Below are positions 16,608 to 23,886 of a DNA stretch of 32,000 nt, in pieces. A program made the translations under genes and the position numbers. The notes beneath the pieces were generated by a model that was not told the origin of the DNA, did not search any database, and saw only the letters and a program-made list of their open reading frames with translations. This DNA comes from Pyrodictium occultum (lineage in GTDB: Archaea > Thermoproteota > Thermoprotei_A > Sulfolobales > Pyrodictiaceae): contig NZ_LNTB01000002.1 of the NCBI RefSeq assembly GCF_001462395.1, positions 78,836 to 110,835 of the forward strand, read 5' to 3'. Within the stretch, counting starts at the first letter, position 1; each line of letters begins with the position of its first letter.

Positions 16608-18100
16608 ATGATCTCGGTGATCGTAGTTTACAATGATGTAAGGATACTAAACGAGTGGTTATTAGAGAGTTTGAAGAATCAAAGTGCAGATTATGAGCTT
16701 ATAGCACTAGATAACAGGAAAGGCGATTTTCCTTCAGCTGCTAATGCCTACAACTATGGAGGCTTAAGGGCACGTGGCGACTATCTAATGTTTGTTCATC
16801 AAGACGTAAGATTATTGGGGAATACTTGGATTGAGGAGGCGGAGAGAATTCTACGGAACTTGCCTAAGCTAGGTGCTGCAGGTGTGGCTGGAAAAAGATG
16901 TGATATTCGTGGAGTTATAACTAATGCTATTCATGGTGTTCCACCGCGACCGGCTGGTCAGATAAGAATATCAAAACCTGTGAAGGTTCAAACGCTAGAT
17001 CCCCTGCTTATAATTGTGCCGAGAAAAGTTTTCCAGAGATTAAAGTATGATGAACATACATGCAACGGATGGCATCTTTATTCCATTCCGAGGATTACTG
17101 CCTCACCTTACAAAGGGAGGGGTTCAACTGTTATGTGCTACCACTTCCCGTTTATCATCGGTCAACAGGTGTAAAGCCGAAGAAAAGAAAACTCATTGAC
17201 TACGGCCCTTATCCTGATGAATACTATGCGATACTTAAAAAAGTGTTAAGGAAGCATAGGCTCCATTACCGTAAGATATGCACGACTTGTGGGGACTACT
17301 ATACATTTATACCTCTTTTTATCCAATTGACTCTGCCGAGAGTAATGAAGACTATCTTCTTGAGACTGTTTGGATCAAGCTTACGGTTATTGATTAGGAG
17401 CTGGCTGCTCAGGAATTTCGTTACAGCCTACTTTACGGCCAAGTATAGGAGGCTGTTGAGGGAGGGTGTAAGCTTAGATGACCTAATAGACTTTGCCTTT
17501 GAATTTGTTGGCCTACCACTAGTAAAGTCTCACCAATTGTCGGATATCGACCTTATCAACGCGTTAACCATAAGGCCTGCCCAAGTAAAGGAGGAAATCC
17601 GAGAATTCCTGAGCATACTGCAGAAAATAAGACCTAAAATCATTCTGGAGATAGGCACTGAGCGAGGGGGGACACTATTCCTGCTCAGCCAGGTAGCGGA
17701 TGAAGATGCCACACTCATATCCATAGACTTACCATGGGATAACCGAGCATCCAAAGGCCATAGCTTCGGCTTCAGCTATCCACCATGGAGAGAGAAACTT
17801 TACAGGTCATTTGCTAGGGGCAATCAGAAAATATATCTCCTAAGAGGGGATTCACACTCGCAAGCGACCCTAATGGAGGTCAAAAGAATCCTCAGAGGGA
17901 GAAAACTGGACGTCTTATTCATAGATGGGGATCATACTTATGAGGGTGTTAAGAAGGATTTTGAAATGTATTCTCCACTAGTTAAAAAAGGAGGTATAAT
18001 AGCTTTCCACGACATTGTCCCACACCTGCCTGAAACCGGTTGTGAGGTAAACAAATTCTGGAACGAGATTAAGAATAACTATAAATATCTCTTGAGATAG
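16608..18100 (+). pseudogene. GT2-like glycosyltransferase fused to a CmcI/TylF-like class I methyltransferase, frameshifted by a 5-bp tandem duplication
   Basis: ORF 16608..17174 (ISVIVVYND..., FVHQDV...) and ORF 17060..18100 (EDYCLTLQREGFNCYVLPLPVYHRSTG..., ILEIGTERGGTLFLL, FIDGDHTYEGVKKDF, GGIIAFHD) overlap in different frames. attccattcc at 17080..17089 is (ATTCC)x2. Deleting one copy gives a continuous ...GWHLYSEDYCLTLQ... ORF. Confidence 0.65.
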
Positions 18101-18139
18101 TTTGAGGATTGGAACCAGAAGTGGGCGGAGATAGGTGTC

Positions 18140-18826
18140 TTGTGTCATGTATCTGTACTAGAGTTCTTTATTGAATACGCGAGAGCAGAGGAGTTTAAGG
18201 GTAAAAAGGTATTAGAGGTTGGAAGTAGATATGTTAATGGAAGTGTGCGTCCGTTGATTGAGAAATATTTCCAACCTAAAGAATACATTGGAGTGGATAT
18301 AGAGCCCGGTAAGTTTGTAGACCTGGTGTTGCCTGCTGAAAGGCTCCTAGAATACTTTGGCCCGGAATCTTTTGACGTGGTGATTAGTACGGAGTTGCTT
18401 GAGCACGTCGTTGATTGGAGGCTTGTAGTAAATAACATGAAGGGTGTGCTGAAACGTGGGGGATACATTTATATCACGACTAGATCTAGAAGTTTCCCTT
18501 ATCATGCCTATCCTTACGATTTCTGGAGATATGAAATTGAGGACATGAAAAGGATCTTCGCTGATTTCAACATTATAAAATTAGAAAAGGATCATCAGGC
18601 TCCTGGGGTCTTTCTTAAGGCCAAGAAGCCAGAGAACTATGTACCAGCTGACTTGTCGAACATAGCGCTTTACTCTATAATATTAGGGAGGAGAACAAGA
18701 GACATTCCAGATATTGGCGATGCTCCACTTATTAGGAGGCTTATCCTTAGACTATTAAGTTCTAAGGCCAAGTGGCTACTGCCAGGAGGCTTATTACGTC
18801 TCATAGAAAAGAAAATCGTGGTTTAA
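18140..18826 (+). CDS. Class I SAM-dependent methyltransferase (Methyltransf_11-like)
   Basis: Carries KKVLEVGSRYVNGS, FDVVISTELLEHVVDW and LKRGGYIYITT. TTG start assigned by the ORF finder. The frame is continuous with the upstream ORF except for TAG 18098..18100. Confidence 0.7.
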   Translation: MCHVSVLEFFIEYARAEEFKGKKVLEVGSRYVNGSVRPLIEKYFQPKEYIGVDIEPGKFVDLVLPAERLLEYFGPESFDVVISTELLEHVVDWRLVVNNMKGVLKRGGYIYITTRSRSFPYHAYPYDFWRYEIEDMKRIFADFNIIKLEKDHQAPGVFLKAKKPENYVPADLSNIALYSIILGRRTRDIPDIGDAPLIRRLILRLLSSKAKWLLPGGLLRLIEKKIVV

Positions 18827-18988
18827 GTACTTAGTTCTTTATCAAAGAATCGTTGTTATATTAGGCTTATCCACAATATAAAATTTAATTTATTCAAGCT
18901 TCACAATTTATTTTATCTACCAGCAAGCTATCAAAACGCTAAAATAGGAGAGTAGAATATTATCTAAGAACGTAAGTTAAAGATTAGT

Positions 18989-19653
18989 TTGGGTGCGAAG
19001 GAATTGAAGACAATAATTGTTCTGGGGATGGGTAGGTCTGGAACCTCGATGGTAGCTGGGATTCTGCACATACTCGGGGTTAACATGGGCGAGAGGCTCC
19101 TCGGGGCCCACTGGTCCAACCCTCTAGGCCACTTCGAGGACCTTGACTTCGTCGAGTTGAACGAGGAGATCCTGAGGGCGGCCGGTGGGAGCTGGGACAA
19201 CCCCCCGGCCCGGGAGGCGATCCTGGCGGTCGCCCCACGCTTCTACGATAGGATAAGGCCGCTCGCGGAGGAGGAGAGGAGGAGGCACGAGGTGTGGGGC
19301 TGGAAGGATCCCAGGACCTCCCTCACCGTGGAGCTGTACCTCCCCCACCTCGAGAACCCCTACTTCATAGTGTGCCACCGCGACTGGGAGGCTATAGCGC
19401 GCTCCCTCAAGAGGAGGGATGGGATGAGCATAGAGAGGGGGTCTGGCTGGCCAGGGTGTGCTATGAGAGGGTTGAGGAGTTCTTCAGGGAGCACCCGGGC
19501 CTCAGAAGACTGGACGTTCGCTACGAGGACTTCATAGCCGGCCCGGAGGCTCACGTCAGGAGGATAGCCTCGTCCATAGGCCTGGAGCCCGGTGAGGAGA
19601 GGATCAGGAGGGCCACTGCCTTCGTGCTCTCCCCGGGGAGAGGGAGAGGCTAG
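18989..19653 (+). pseudogene. Sulfotransferase-family protein, frameshifted at a G5 run (19437..19441)
   Basis: Frame 2 gives IIVLGMGRSGTSM (5-prime-PSB-like P-loop), WGWKDPRTS (3-prime-PB-like) and CHRDWEAIARSLKRRDGMSIERG. Frame 1 continues VWLARVCYERVEEFFREHPGLRRLDVRYEDFIAGPEAHVRRIASSIGL. One extra G in the run joins them. TTG start. Confidence 0.65.
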
Positions 19654-19777
19654 TCAGGAGGATGAGGAGGGAGGAGATGGCCCGAAGGATCGTCAGGGGC
19701 TTGACGAACCCGAGGAAGGCGCTCAGGTACATTATGGGGAGGCTCCTGGGGAGAAGGTAGCCGGCTCACGGCCCCCG

Positions 19778-19783
19778 TTTATA
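19778..19783 (+). promoter_or_regulatory. Candidate TATA box for the rml block
   Basis: tttata in otherwise GC-rich DNA, about 40 nt upstream of TTG 19821. Confidence 0.3.
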
Positions 19784-19820
19784 CCCTGCCCGCCGCCCTG
19801 CCTCCCCCGGGGGCTCAGCG

Positions 19821-20897
19821 TTGGGCGGCGGCGTTAGGGGCCTGGTTCTTGCGGGCGGCGAGGGCACGCGGCTTAGGCCGCTGACCCTCGCCATGCCTAA
19901 GCATTTGGTGCCCCTGCTGGGTAGGGCTATGATTGAGTACCCCATCGGGCACCTGGTGGAGGCTGGGGTTAGGGATGTTGGTGTTGTGGTCGGCTACCTG
20001 GGCCACTTGATCACGGGCTACCTGGGTGATGGGTCTAGGTATGGGGCCAGGTTCACGTACATAAGGCAGGGGGAGAGGCTTGGGATAGCGCACGCTATAC
20101 ACCTGGCCGTCGAGGAGGGCTTCGTGGATGGGCCCTTCGTTGTCTACCTTGGTGACAACATACTCGCCGGGGGGGTACGGGGGTTCCTGGAGAGGTTCCT
20201 GGAGGAGGAGCCGGACGTGCTCATACTCCTCTCCAGGGTCAGGGATCCCGGGAGGTTCGGCGTCGCGGTCGTCAGGGACGGCAGGGTCGTGCGGCTGGTG
20301 GAGAAGCCGAGGGAGCCCCCCTCAAACCTCGCCCTGATAGGGGTCTACTTCTTCAGGGACCCCGACCTGGTGGAGAGGGCCTTCACGGCCCTCAAGCCTT
20401 CGTGGAGGGGTGAGTACGAGGTCACGGACCTGATACAGTGGTTCATAGACAACGGGTACAGGGTCGACTACGACGTAGTAAACGGCTGGTGGAAGGACGT
20501 CGGGACCCCCGAGGGGCTCCTCGAGGCGATATACCTCCTCCTGGACGAGTCCAAGCCCAGGATTGACGGGGAGGTCGCGGGGGAGGTCGTGGGGAGGGTT
20601 ATAGTGGAGGAGGGCGCCGTAGTCGAGGGGAGGGTCTACGGGCCGGCCTACATAGGCCGGGGGGCCCGCATAGGCGGGGAGGCTGCGGTCGAGCACTACG
20701 TGTCCATAGAGAGCGGGTCCAGGGTGCTCTCGGGCTCCATATCGAGGTCGCTCATAATGAGCGACAGCGTCATAGACGTCAAAAGGCTTAGGCTCGTTGA
20801 CAGCGTTGTGGGCCAGGGCTCCATCGTGAGGGCCTCCAGGGAGATACACGGGGAGATCAGGCTGGCGATATCGAATTACAGCCGGGTCGAGATATAG
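19821..20897 (+). CDS. rmlA: Sugar-1-phosphate nucleotidylyltransferase, long archaeal form with C-terminal left-handed beta-helix (glucose-1-phosphate thymidylyltransferase-like)
   Basis: Carries LAGGEGTRLRPLTLAMPKHLVPL (GGxGTRLxPLT) and a C-terminal hexapeptide-repeat-like region (VEEGAVVEGRVYGPAYIGRGARIGGEAAV). It is adjacent to rmlD and rmlC. TTG start. Confidence 0.65.
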   Translation: MGGGVRGLVLAGGEGTRLRPLTLAMPKHLVPLLGRAMIEYPIGHLVEAGVRDVGVVVGYLGHLITGYLGDGSRYGARFTYIRQGERLGIAHAIHLAVEEGFVDGPFVVYLGDNILAGGVRGFLERFLEEEPDVLILLSRVRDPGRFGVAVVRDGRVVRLVEKPREPPSNLALIGVYFFRDPDLVERAFTALKPSWRGEYEVTDLIQWFIDNGYRVDYDVVNGWWKDVGTPEGLLEAIYLLLDESKPRIDGEVAGEVVGRVIVEEGAVVEGRVYGPAYIGRGARIGGEAAVEHYVSIESGSRVLSGSISRSLIMSDSVIDVKRLRLVDSVVGQGSIVRASREIHGEIRLAISNYSRVEI

Positions 20898-20912
20898 CGC
20901 CGATACTGGAGT

Positions 20913-21950
20913 ATGCGCGGTGACGTCGGCTGGAGGGGTGGCTTGGTGAGGGTCCTAATCACGGGTTGCGCGGGCTACATAGGCACAACGCTCACCCCAT
21001 ACCTCCTCAGGAGGGGCTACGAGGTCAGATGCGTCGACAAGCTAATCTTTGGGAGGGATGTCGTAGAGCACGTGCTAGGTGAGAGGGGGTTCGAGCTTGT
21101 AGAGGCCGACGTGAGGAGCGTAGACCCCCAGGTTCTCAGCGGGGTCGACTGCGTGGTGGACATGGCCGCCATACCTAACGACCCCGCGGGGGACCTCAAC
21201 CCCGAGCTCACGCTCTCCATAAACTACAGGGGCAGGGCTAGGATGGCATCCATGGCGAGGGAGAGGGGGGTCCCCTGCTATGTCCTATTCTCCAGCTGCA
21301 GCGTCTACGGGAGGCAGGAGGGGCCCGTCGACGAGGCCGCGGAGCCCAGGCCGCTGACAGTCTACGCCAGGGCCAACCTCCTAGCGGAGAGGGCCGTTCT
21401 CCCCCTCGCCAGCGAAGGGTTCACCCCCGTGGCCCTCAGGCTAGCTACAGTCTACGGGCCATCGAGGAGGATGAGGTTCGACCTCGTAGTCAACGCTATG
21501 ACCCTCTCAGCCTACCGGGAGGGGAGGATATACGTCGAGGGCGACGGGATGCAGGAGAGACCCCTAGTACACGTCCTAGACGTGGCTAGGGCCGTGGAGA
21601 GGGTGCTGGAGGCCGTGGAGAGGGACCCAGACCCCCTCAAGGGCCAGGTAATCAACATCGGCTCGGACGAGCAGAACTACAGGATAATCGAGATAGCTAG
21701 GATAGTGCGCGGGATAGTCGGGGGCGAGATAGTCTTCCGGGGCGAGGTTGACAGGAGGAGTTACAGGGTCAAGTTCGGGAGGGCTAGGAGGCTACTCGGC
21801 TTCCAGCCACTCTACACAGTGGAGGATGGAGTCAAGCAGGTATACCACGAGCTCCTCACGGGGAAGCTGAAGCCCGAGCCCCGCTGGATAACGGTTCAGT
21901 GGTATAGGGAGCTACTCTCCAGGAACCCGGAGGTGCTGCTAAAGTGGTAG
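20913..21950 (+). CDS. Extended SDR NAD-dependent epimerase/dehydratase with a non-canonical catalytic motif (YxxxN)
   Basis: Carries VLITGCAGYIGTTL, FSSCSVYG and TVYARANLLAE. The likely true start is TTG 20943 or GTG 20946 (MRVLITG). It occupies the slot where rmlB would be expected but lacks the TDEVYG / YSASK motifs. Confidence 0.65.
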   Translation: MRGDVGWRGGLVRVLITGCAGYIGTTLTPYLLRRGYEVRCVDKLIFGRDVVEHVLGERGFELVEADVRSVDPQVLSGVDCVVDMAAIPNDPAGDLNPELTLSINYRGRARMASMARERGVPCYVLFSSCSVYGRQEGPVDEAAEPRPLTVYARANLLAERAVLPLASEGFTPVALRLATVYGPSRRMRFDLVVNAMTLSAYREGRIYVEGDGMQERPLVHVLDVARAVERVLEAVERDPDPLKGQVINIGSDEQNYRIIEIARIVRGIVGGEIVFRGEVDRRSYRVKFGRARRLLGFQPLYTVEDGVKQVYHELLTGKLKPEPRWITVQWYRELLSRNPEVLLKW

Positions 21951-22837
21951 CCCTGGTCACGGGGGTCAGCTCCTCCCCGGGCTACAAGGCCGCCCTCTCC
22001 CTCGCCCGCAGGGGGGTCGAGGTGGTCGGAGTCTATAACCAGCATCCCGTCAGAGTTAAGGGTGTGGAGACCATTAGGAGGGACCTCACCCGGGACGCCC
22101 GCGGGCTCGTGAGGGAGTACAAGCCCGACGCCGTGGTGCACACCGCCGCTATGGGAAACGTCGACCTCTGCGAGGAGGATAGAAGCGCCTGCTACAGGGT
22201 GAACGTTGAGGCGACTAGGGAGCTCCTCAGGGAGGCCTACAGGCTCGGAGCCAGGATAGTCTACCTCTCGACGGACTACGTCTTCGACGGGGCGAGGGGG
22301 CTCTACAGGGAGGAAGACACGCCCTCCCCCGTCAACTTCTACGGGCTCACCAAGCTCCTAGGAGAGGAGGCGGCGCTAGCCCTCGGGGGCGTAGTGGCCA
22401 GGACCTCAGCGGTCTACGGCGTGGGCCCGGGGAGGCCCAACTTCGGCAAGGTTGTGGTCGAGAAGCTCATGCGAGGAGAGCGGGTGAGAGCCTTCACAGA
22501 CCAGTGGCTCTCCCCCACGCTCAACACCCTCCTAGGCGAGGCCCTCGCAATGCTGGCGGTCGAAGCCGACTACGAGGGGATACTACACGTGGCCGGCCCC
22601 CGGATGAGCAGGTACGACTTCGCCGTCGCAGTAGCCAGAGCCTTCGGCCTAGACGAGGGGCTCATAGAGCCCGCCTCGATGGATAGCGTGGACTTCAAGG
22701 CTCCAAGGCCCAGGGATAGCAGCCTTGACTCCTCCAAGGCCTCAAGAATGCTGGGGCTAAGGCTCAACGACCTAGGCCACGCGCTCAGCCTATTCAAGAG
22801 AGAGCTTCGCGGCGAGACGGGCCAGCCCCCAACTTAA
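21944..22837 (+). CDS. rmlD: dTDP-4-dehydrorhamnose reductase
   Basis: Carries KPDAVVHTAAMGNVDLCEED, YLSTDYVFDG and FYGLTKLLGEEA (YxxxK). The GTG start overlaps the upstream stop. Confidence 0.7.
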   Translation: MVALVTGVSSSPGYKAALSLARRGVEVVGVYNQHPVRVKGVETIRRDLTRDARGLVREYKPDAVVHTAAMGNVDLCEEDRSACYRVNVEATRELLREAYRLGARIVYLSTDYVFDGARGLYREEDTPSPVNFYGLTKLLGEEAALALGGVVARTSAVYGVGPGRPNFGKVVVEKLMRGERVRAFTDQWLSPTLNTLLGEALAMLAVEADYEGILHVAGPRMSRYDFAVAVARAFGLDEGLIEPASMDSVDFKAPRPRDSSLDSSKASRMLGLRLNDLGHALSLFKRELRGETGQPPT

Positions 22838-22864
22838 ATCCTCCGGGAACCCCGAGCCGTTCTG

Positions 22865-23446
22865 GTGGTGTATGCCTTGCCGTTCAAGTCCTTCAAGCGG
22901 CTCGGGATCCCCGACGTGGTACTGGTCGAGCCCGTGGTCTTCCCCGATGAGAGGGGCTTCTTCGCGGAGCTCTACAAGAGGACCCCATTCCTCTCCGAGG
23001 GGATCCCCTACGACTTCGTCCAGGTGAACCTGAGCAAGTCGAGGAGGGGCGTCGTCAGGGGGCTGCACTACCAGCTCAGGCCGATGGAGCAGGGTAAGCT
23101 GGTCACGGTCCTCCGGGGCAGGATCCTGGACGTTGCAGTGGATATCAGGAGGGGGAGCCCGTGGTATGGGAGGTACGTGGCTGTCGAGCTGGCCGCCAAC
23201 GAGCCCAGGCTGCTCTGGGTGCCCCCAGGCTTCGCCCACGGGTTCCAGGCGCTCGAGGACGACACCCTGGTACTATACCTGGTGACCAAGGAGTACAGCC
23301 CCGAGCACGAGCGCTGCATCAAGTGGGACGATCCGGACATAGGCGTGGACTGGCCCATAAAGGAGGGCGTCCTGCTCAGCGAGAAGGACCAGAGGTGCCC
23401 GCCGCTGCGCGGGGCGGAGACGAACTTCGAGTACCCCGGGGGCTAG
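22865..23446 (+). CDS. rmlC: dTDP-4-dehydrorhamnose 3,5-epimerase
   Basis: Carries FPDERGFFAELY, RGLHYQ, KLVTVLRGRILDVAVDIRRGSPWYG, VPPGFAHGF and KEYSPEHERCIKWDDPDIGVDWP. Confidence 0.85.
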   Translation: MVYALPFKSFKRLGIPDVVLVEPVVFPDERGFFAELYKRTPFLSEGIPYDFVQVNLSKSRRGVVRGLHYQLRPMEQGKLVTVLRGRILDVAVDIRRGSPWYGRYVAVELAANEPRLLWVPPGFAHGFQALEDDTLVLYLVTKEYSPEHERCIKWDDPDIGVDWPIKEGVLLSEKDQRCPPLRGAETNFEYPGG

Positions 23447-23577
23447 TGCCCCCGGACAGCGGTCTTGCCGCGGCTGTTGCTGCCGGCGTTGCTGTGCGGC
23501 TTCCCTTGCTGCTACCGCTGCTGCCCTGCGGGGGCTGTCCGGCGGGGGTGGTGGCGTTCTCGTGGCCCCGGGGCGTC

Positions 23578-23597
23578 TTTAATGATATTTAATTAAT
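23578..23597 (+). promoter_or_regulatory. AT-rich promoter candidate for the RHH-sat-NPP operon
   Basis: tttaatgatatttaattaat is a 20-nt A/T block in very GC-rich DNA. It contains TTAATG twice and the palindrome TTAATTAA, and lies about 35-55 nt upstream of TTG 23633. Confidence 0.4.
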
Positions 23598-23632
23598 GCC
23601 TCGTCCTCCCCGGGGCTGCGGGGTTTGGGGTC

Positions 23633-23878
23633 TTGGCCTCCGGCGGCTCTGGCGGCAGGAGGGGGAGGTACACTACTGTCTCTATACCGGTCTCCCTCTA
23701 CGAGCGGATCCAGAGGCTTATCGAGGGGACGGGGTTCACCAGTGTGTCCCAGTTTGTGACGTATGTGCTGCGGGAGGTTGTGGCGGAGATGGAGGAGGAG
23801 AGGCTGAGGAGCGGGGAGGTTGGTGAGGAGGAGAAGAAGGCTATTCTCGAGAGGCTTCGGAGGCTTGGCTACCTGTAG
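23633..23878 (+). CDS. Small ribbon-helix-helix (CopG-like) protein with an acidic linker and a conserved C-terminal LGYL tail
   Basis: RYTTVSIPVSLYERIQRLIEGTGFTSVSQFVTYVLREVV shows a beta-strand/helix/helix pattern. Then EMEEERLRSGEVGEEEKKAILERLRRLGYL. TTG is the only in-frame start. Paralog of 26464..26672. Confidence 0.6.
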   Translation: MASGGSGGRRGRYTTVSIPVSLYERIQRLIEGTGFTSVSQFVTYVLREVVAEMEEERLRSGEVGEEEKKAILERLRRLGYL

Positions 23879-23886
23879 CCCTCCTA

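Larger units (their letters stand above)
5694..19090. other. Low-GC compositional island (glycan biosynthesis cassette), internally mosaic
   Basis: Hand-counted 60-nt lines give 6001-6060 = 18/60 GC and 15001-15060 = 19/60. The flanks give 3001-3060 = 48/60 and 21001-21060 = 34/60. The left edge is sharp (5694-5713). The right edge is diffuse (~18830-19090). Confidence 0.8.

Noticed and set aside
10754-18100. The idea that the two in-frame TAG codons (10754, 18098) reflect TAG recoding (pyrrolysine or another sense reassignment) in the island donor.
   Set aside because: TAG also serves as the apparent normal stop of the intact island genes ending at 6784 and 15376. No pyl-type genes are visible and only two cases exist. 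Nonsense mutation, or for 18098 a genuine stop, is simpler. It cannot be fully excluded without homolog alignments.
19596-19760. A possible further frame switch at tccccgggg (19630..19638) that would extend the sulfotransferase with ...PGERERLVRRMRREEMARRIVRGLTNPRKALRYIMGRLLGRR (stop at 19758..19760).
   Set aside because: The region is purine-rich (agg/gag repeats), so all frames give plausible-looking Arg/Glu-rich peptides. The annotated frame ends naturally at 19651..19653 a few codons later. It is worth checking against homolog lengths if the locus is re-polished.
23455-23545. A GCTG/GTTGCTG-rich low-complexity stretch (gctgttgctgccggcgttgctgtgcgg...gctgctaccgctgctgccc) downstream of rmlC.
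   Set aside because: It is irregular, with no fixed unit length or copy structure, and it lies in a non-coding spacer. It is probably compositional noise. ORF 23161..23592 across it is an alternate frame of rmlC.
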